DNA of 44,083 bases from Candidatus Uhrbacteria bacterium (lineage in GTDB: Bacteria; Patescibacteriota; Patescibacteriia; UBA9934; GWF2-40-263), in assembly GCA_043805995.1 (NCBI GenBank), contig JAZDHJ010000058.1:1-44083 (forward strand), given 5' to 3'. The translations under genes were made by a program, and so were the position numbers. The notes beneath the pieces are model-generated. The model was not told the origin of the DNA and did no database searches. It was given only the letters and a program-made list of their open reading frames with translations. Positions 41,395 through 44,083 of this stretch are shown in pieces; position 1 is the stretch's first letter, and every line of letters begins with the position of its first letter.

Positions 41395-42021
41395 ATGAAT
41401 AAAAAGAACGCAATTATAATTCTTGCCGGGGGAATAACCAAAGAAGGTTCATTGCCAGATATTCCAAAATTTCGAGCAGACAAAGGATTTGAATTATTTA
41501 AGGCTGGTGTAGCAGACAAAATTATTATTTCTGGTCGTTATAGTTTTTTATTGGATTACACACCACCTACTACCGAAGCTCAAATAATGAAAGATTATCT
41601 TGTTGCCCTTGGAATCGACAAAGAAAAAATCTTTCTTGAAGAAAAATCTACTGATACAATTGGCAACGCTTATTACACAAAACAAATACTTTTAGATAAA
41701 AATTGGAAAAATATTGTTGTGGTAACTTCCGATTTTCATATTGAACGAACAAAATACATTTTTTCTAAAATACTCGGAAAAGATATTTTTTCCGTCTCAT
41801 ACGAGGAAGCACCGAGCGAATTGACTACCGAACAATATGAGGAGAAGGTGATCTTAGAACAGAAAATTTTGGGATTTACAATGAAATGGTTAGATAAAAT
41901 TGAAAATGGAAACGATGACCAAATTAGAACTTTCTTAATGACAGATCACCCCGGTTATGCAAAAGATCCAAATATTTCAAAACAAGATTTATTAGGTATG
42001 ATGGAAAAGGCTAAAATTTAA
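41395..42021 (+). CDS. Cassette ORF 3: DUF218/YdcF-family protein
   Basis: 208 aa from ATG 41395 (the ORF is open from GTG 41356). IIILAGG...DKIIISG...STDTIGNAYY..VVVTSDFH. Confidence 0.7.
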   Translation: MNKKNAIIILAGGITKEGSLPDIPKFRADKGFELFKAGVADKIIISGRYSFLLDYTPPTTEAQIMKDYLVALGIDKEKIFLEEKSTDTIGNAYYTKQILLDKNWKNIVVVTSDFHIERTKYIFSKILGKDIFSVSYEEAPSELTTEQYEEKVILEQKILGFTMKWLDKIENGNDDQIRTFLMTDHPGYAKDPNISKQDLLGMMEKAKI

Positions 42022-42026
42022 CTGTC

Positions 42027-42126
42027 GTTTAACACGATATATCTGGTTACAAATCTTCCAAGAGTATTCGTTCATATCTTGTTTTGCTAGGCTCTGTAAA
42101 ATATCAAATATGTCGATACGTTATAT
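42027..42126 (+). repeat. attC-like site 3 (100 bp)
   Basis: GTTTAAC-acgatatatctgg-loop-atatgtcgatac-GTTATAT. Confidence 0.55.
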
Positions 42127-42237
42127 ACATTTAAAAACTAAGCCCCTCAAAATTTTGCGATCCCCGAGAGCTTAATAGAAAATACTAAAAATATTAATAA
42201 GGAATTCGATTTTAAATTTATTTAACAGATTTGCACT

Positions 42238-43566
42238 ATGAAAAAAACAATAAAAAACTCAATTAGAATTCTAAGTACGATAGTCATGGTTATCGCGGTG
42301 TTTTTTATTGCTTTTGTTGCGTACAATAAATTTAAGCCAACTAGCCCCTTCACAAATGGCGGAAACGAACGGAACATGATTGTCGTTCTGAGTGACCTTC
42401 ATCTTGGTGCCGACATCGCCTATGCCGAGTGCAACAAAAATCGTTCTTCTCTCCAAAAGCTACTCGAACAAATAAGTGTGTCGCCAAACATTAAAGAACT
42501 GGTGATCGCTGGAGATTTGCTTGACGAGTGGTATGTGCCAGCAACAGTAGATACTTATGCCGGAAAAGATCAACGCGATTTTGTCCAGCGGATTGCGACA
42601 ACCAACAAAGATGTAATTGAGACTTTTAATAATATAATTCAAGCCGGAGAAATTTTAGTCACCTATGTTCCCGGAAATCACGATCTGACAATAACTGCGG
42701 AAAATATTGATCTTATTCTGCCGGGAATAAATCAGGCCCGCGATGAGGAACAAGGATTAGGCACCTACTCGCCAGCCGATTATCCTGAAATAGCCATTGA
42801 GCACGGTCATCGTTATAATTTTTTCTGTGCGCCAGATCCGATTTCCAACCAAGCTGTTGCGCCAGGGACTATCATGCCTCCAGGATACTTTTTTACAAGA
42901 ATTGCCGCCCTCCATCTGCTACAAAAAACTCAAACACCAGGCGATACTATGCCGATTGTTACTCCTAACAATTCTGACGATGTTAGTCAAAGTTCGTTAT
43001 TCTCCTATTGGAAACTTTGGGCCTGGGCGATCAATTATCTGCCAATAAAGGAAAAGTTTGATGAAGAAATTATTGTAACAAACGTTGATGGCTTCACCGA
43101 GACGTATTCAGTTAATGATTTGCTACCTTATCAAAAAATAGCTGGTGGAAAAATAGACGTGAATCTCTATAAGGGAATTCAAGATACTTGGGACCAAAGA
43201 CAAATTCTTAATCATGTACCTGTTAATATTCCTGTAGTTCAAGCGATCGCCAAGGCCTCTTCGGCCGAGGAGACTGATAATCAGGCCGCGGTACAGTATT
43301 TTCTGAACCCTGATTCTGATAAAAGAATCGTCGTTTTTGGCCATAGCCATGTGGCAAAAATTAGTTCGTCTAATAATTATAACGGGCAAAAATCAATCTA
43401 TGCTAACTCGGGAACCTGGATTGATCACAATCCAAATCTGACAACCATGAATTTCATCGTCATAACCCCACAAAATACTAATCCGTCTTCGCAAACCTAT
43501 GTTAAGCTTTATAATTTCGAGGGTGAAGTTGCCACAAAAATGGCTGAAGACGCCTTACGTTACTAA
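42238..43566 (+). CDS. Cassette ORF 4: membrane-anchored metallophosphoesterase
   Basis: 442 aa. DLHLG, GDLLDEW, GNHD, GHRY, GHSH motifs. N-terminal TM helix. Confidence 0.8.
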   Translation: MKKTIKNSIRILSTIVMVIAVFFIAFVAYNKFKPTSPFTNGGNERNMIVVLSDLHLGADIAYAECNKNRSSLQKLLEQISVSPNIKELVIAGDLLDEWYVPATVDTYAGKDQRDFVQRIATTNKDVIETFNNIIQAGEILVTYVPGNHDLTITAENIDLILPGINQARDEEQGLGTYSPADYPEIAIEHGHRYNFFCAPDPISNQAVAPGTIMPPGYFFTRIAALHLLQKTQTPGDTMPIVTPNNSDDVSQSSLFSYWKLWAWAINYLPIKEKFDEEIIVTNVDGFTETYSVNDLLPYQKIAGGKIDVNLYKGIQDTWDQRQILNHVPVNIPVVQAIAKASSAEETDNQAAVQYFLNPDSDKRIVVFGHSHVAKISSSNNYNGQKSIYANSGTWIDHNPNLTTMNFIVITPQNTNPSSQTYVKLYNFEGEVATKMAEDALRY

Positions 43567-43645
43567 AAAGTTTTTGACGAAGCGACGACTGTATATGGTT
43601 AAAATTGTAAAATTTCTTTAAAAAATAATCTAGATCTCCTTTGTT

Positions 43646-43947
43646 ATGGCGTTTACAAAAGAACAAAAAACTCTTGTATTAAGACAGTTGCAAGCTTTTA
43701 AAAGAAATTCTGACATAAAAAAAATAATTTTAAGCGAAGATTCGTACAGCTTTCTTGAATTATTGATTGAACGAGGTGTTTTTGGCTCAGATATTATTAC
43801 CACCGCCATGCATCTTGCAAAATTTTTATATAAACACCAAGAATTGTATTTTCAAAAAGACGTGGTCGATGTTGGCTGTGGTCCAGGAACGCAAGGAATT
43901 ATAATGGCAAAATATGGCGCAAAATCTGTCTTTTTTTCCGACATTAA
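43646..43947 (+). pseudogene. Class I SAM-dependent methyltransferase, interrupted after about 100 codons by the terminal repeat
   Basis: Motif I VVDVGCGPGTQG, post-I SVFFSDI. From 43944 the frame runs through repeat sequence to a stop at 44002. Confidence 0.7.
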
Positions 43948-44082
43948 TTGTCCACCCCACCCGGTAAACCACTGGTTTGACCAGTGGACTCAAAAGGTTT
44001 GACCTTAACGCAGAAAAACAAAAAACATAGTAAAATTCTGACCGGTGGCTTATGAGATACGCTCTGGTAAGATTTCACTATG
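43944..44082. repeat. Terminal inverted repeat, right copy
   Basis: Exact reverse complement of 1-139. Confidence 0.95.
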
Positions 44083-44083
44083 T

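Larger units (their letters stand above)
38442..43645. mobile_element. Integron-like recombinase plus gene-cassette array (hypothesis)
   Basis: Divergent recombinase, attI-like palindrome, and co-oriented single-ORF units separated by homologous attC-like palindromes. Unit-start and palindrome-start 9-mers are complementary for the first two units. Confidence 0.5.

Noticed and set aside
1-44083. Whole window as a complete phage or linear plasmid with inverted terminal repeats
   Set aside because: The content is chromosomal housekeeping (seven ribosomal proteins, rpoA, alaS, era, fmt, murJ, infA). There are no structural phage or plasmid replication/partition genes. The repeat length is also compatible with an assembly-graph end effect.

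Overview
AT-rich (by eye about 35-40% GC), gene-dense bacterial chromosomal fragment with about 55 CDS. Its features fit a small-genome Patescibacteria/CPR-type organism; this is inference from SD-less start contexts, PduL, a short AlaRS, a short RpoA and many small orphan genes. All calls come from motif recognition by eye on the ORF track; no searches or computations were run.

Content:
- Housekeeping genes: mnmA, era, an RlmD/TrmA-family methyltransferase, a SpoU/TrmH methyltransferase, murJ, alaS, fmt.
- Alpha-operon block: infA-rpmJ-[orphan ORF]-rpsM-rpsK-rpsD-rpoA-rplQ-rplM-rpsI.
- Envelope-glycan cluster: Wzx-like flippase, GT4, two GT2, an O-antigen-ligase-like protein, methyltransferases.
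- Toxin-antitoxin-like modules (hicBA, Panacea/DUF4065 pair) next to a 633-aa Fic protein.
- No rRNA, tRNA or CRISPR array seen.

Most unusual observations:
1. 38.4-43.6 kb: an integron-like array. A short Xer/IntI-like tyrosine recombinase is divergent from five single-ORF units separated by attC-like palindromes. Unit-start 9-mers are exact reverse complements of the 9-mers opening each unit's own palindrome.
2. Four GC-rich, Shine-Dalgarno-led, terminator-bounded minus-strand orphan genes sit in an otherwise SD-less AT-rich background. Two of them lie in tandem modules with conserved borders and a duplicated 67-nt flippase promoter/start.
3. A dispersed family of G-rich word repeats carries canonical G-quadruplex motifs. 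They are G-rich in 3' trailers, C-rich in 5' leaders, form long imperfect intergenic palindromes, and are inserted in frame in mnmA, fmt and the RlmD-like gene.
4. A perfect 139-bp inverted repeat bounds the window and ends at TTAA. The two interrupted terminal ORFs are in the same phase across it.
5. Two homopolymer frame problems: G8 in a histidine phosphatase and A9 at the 5' end of rpsK.
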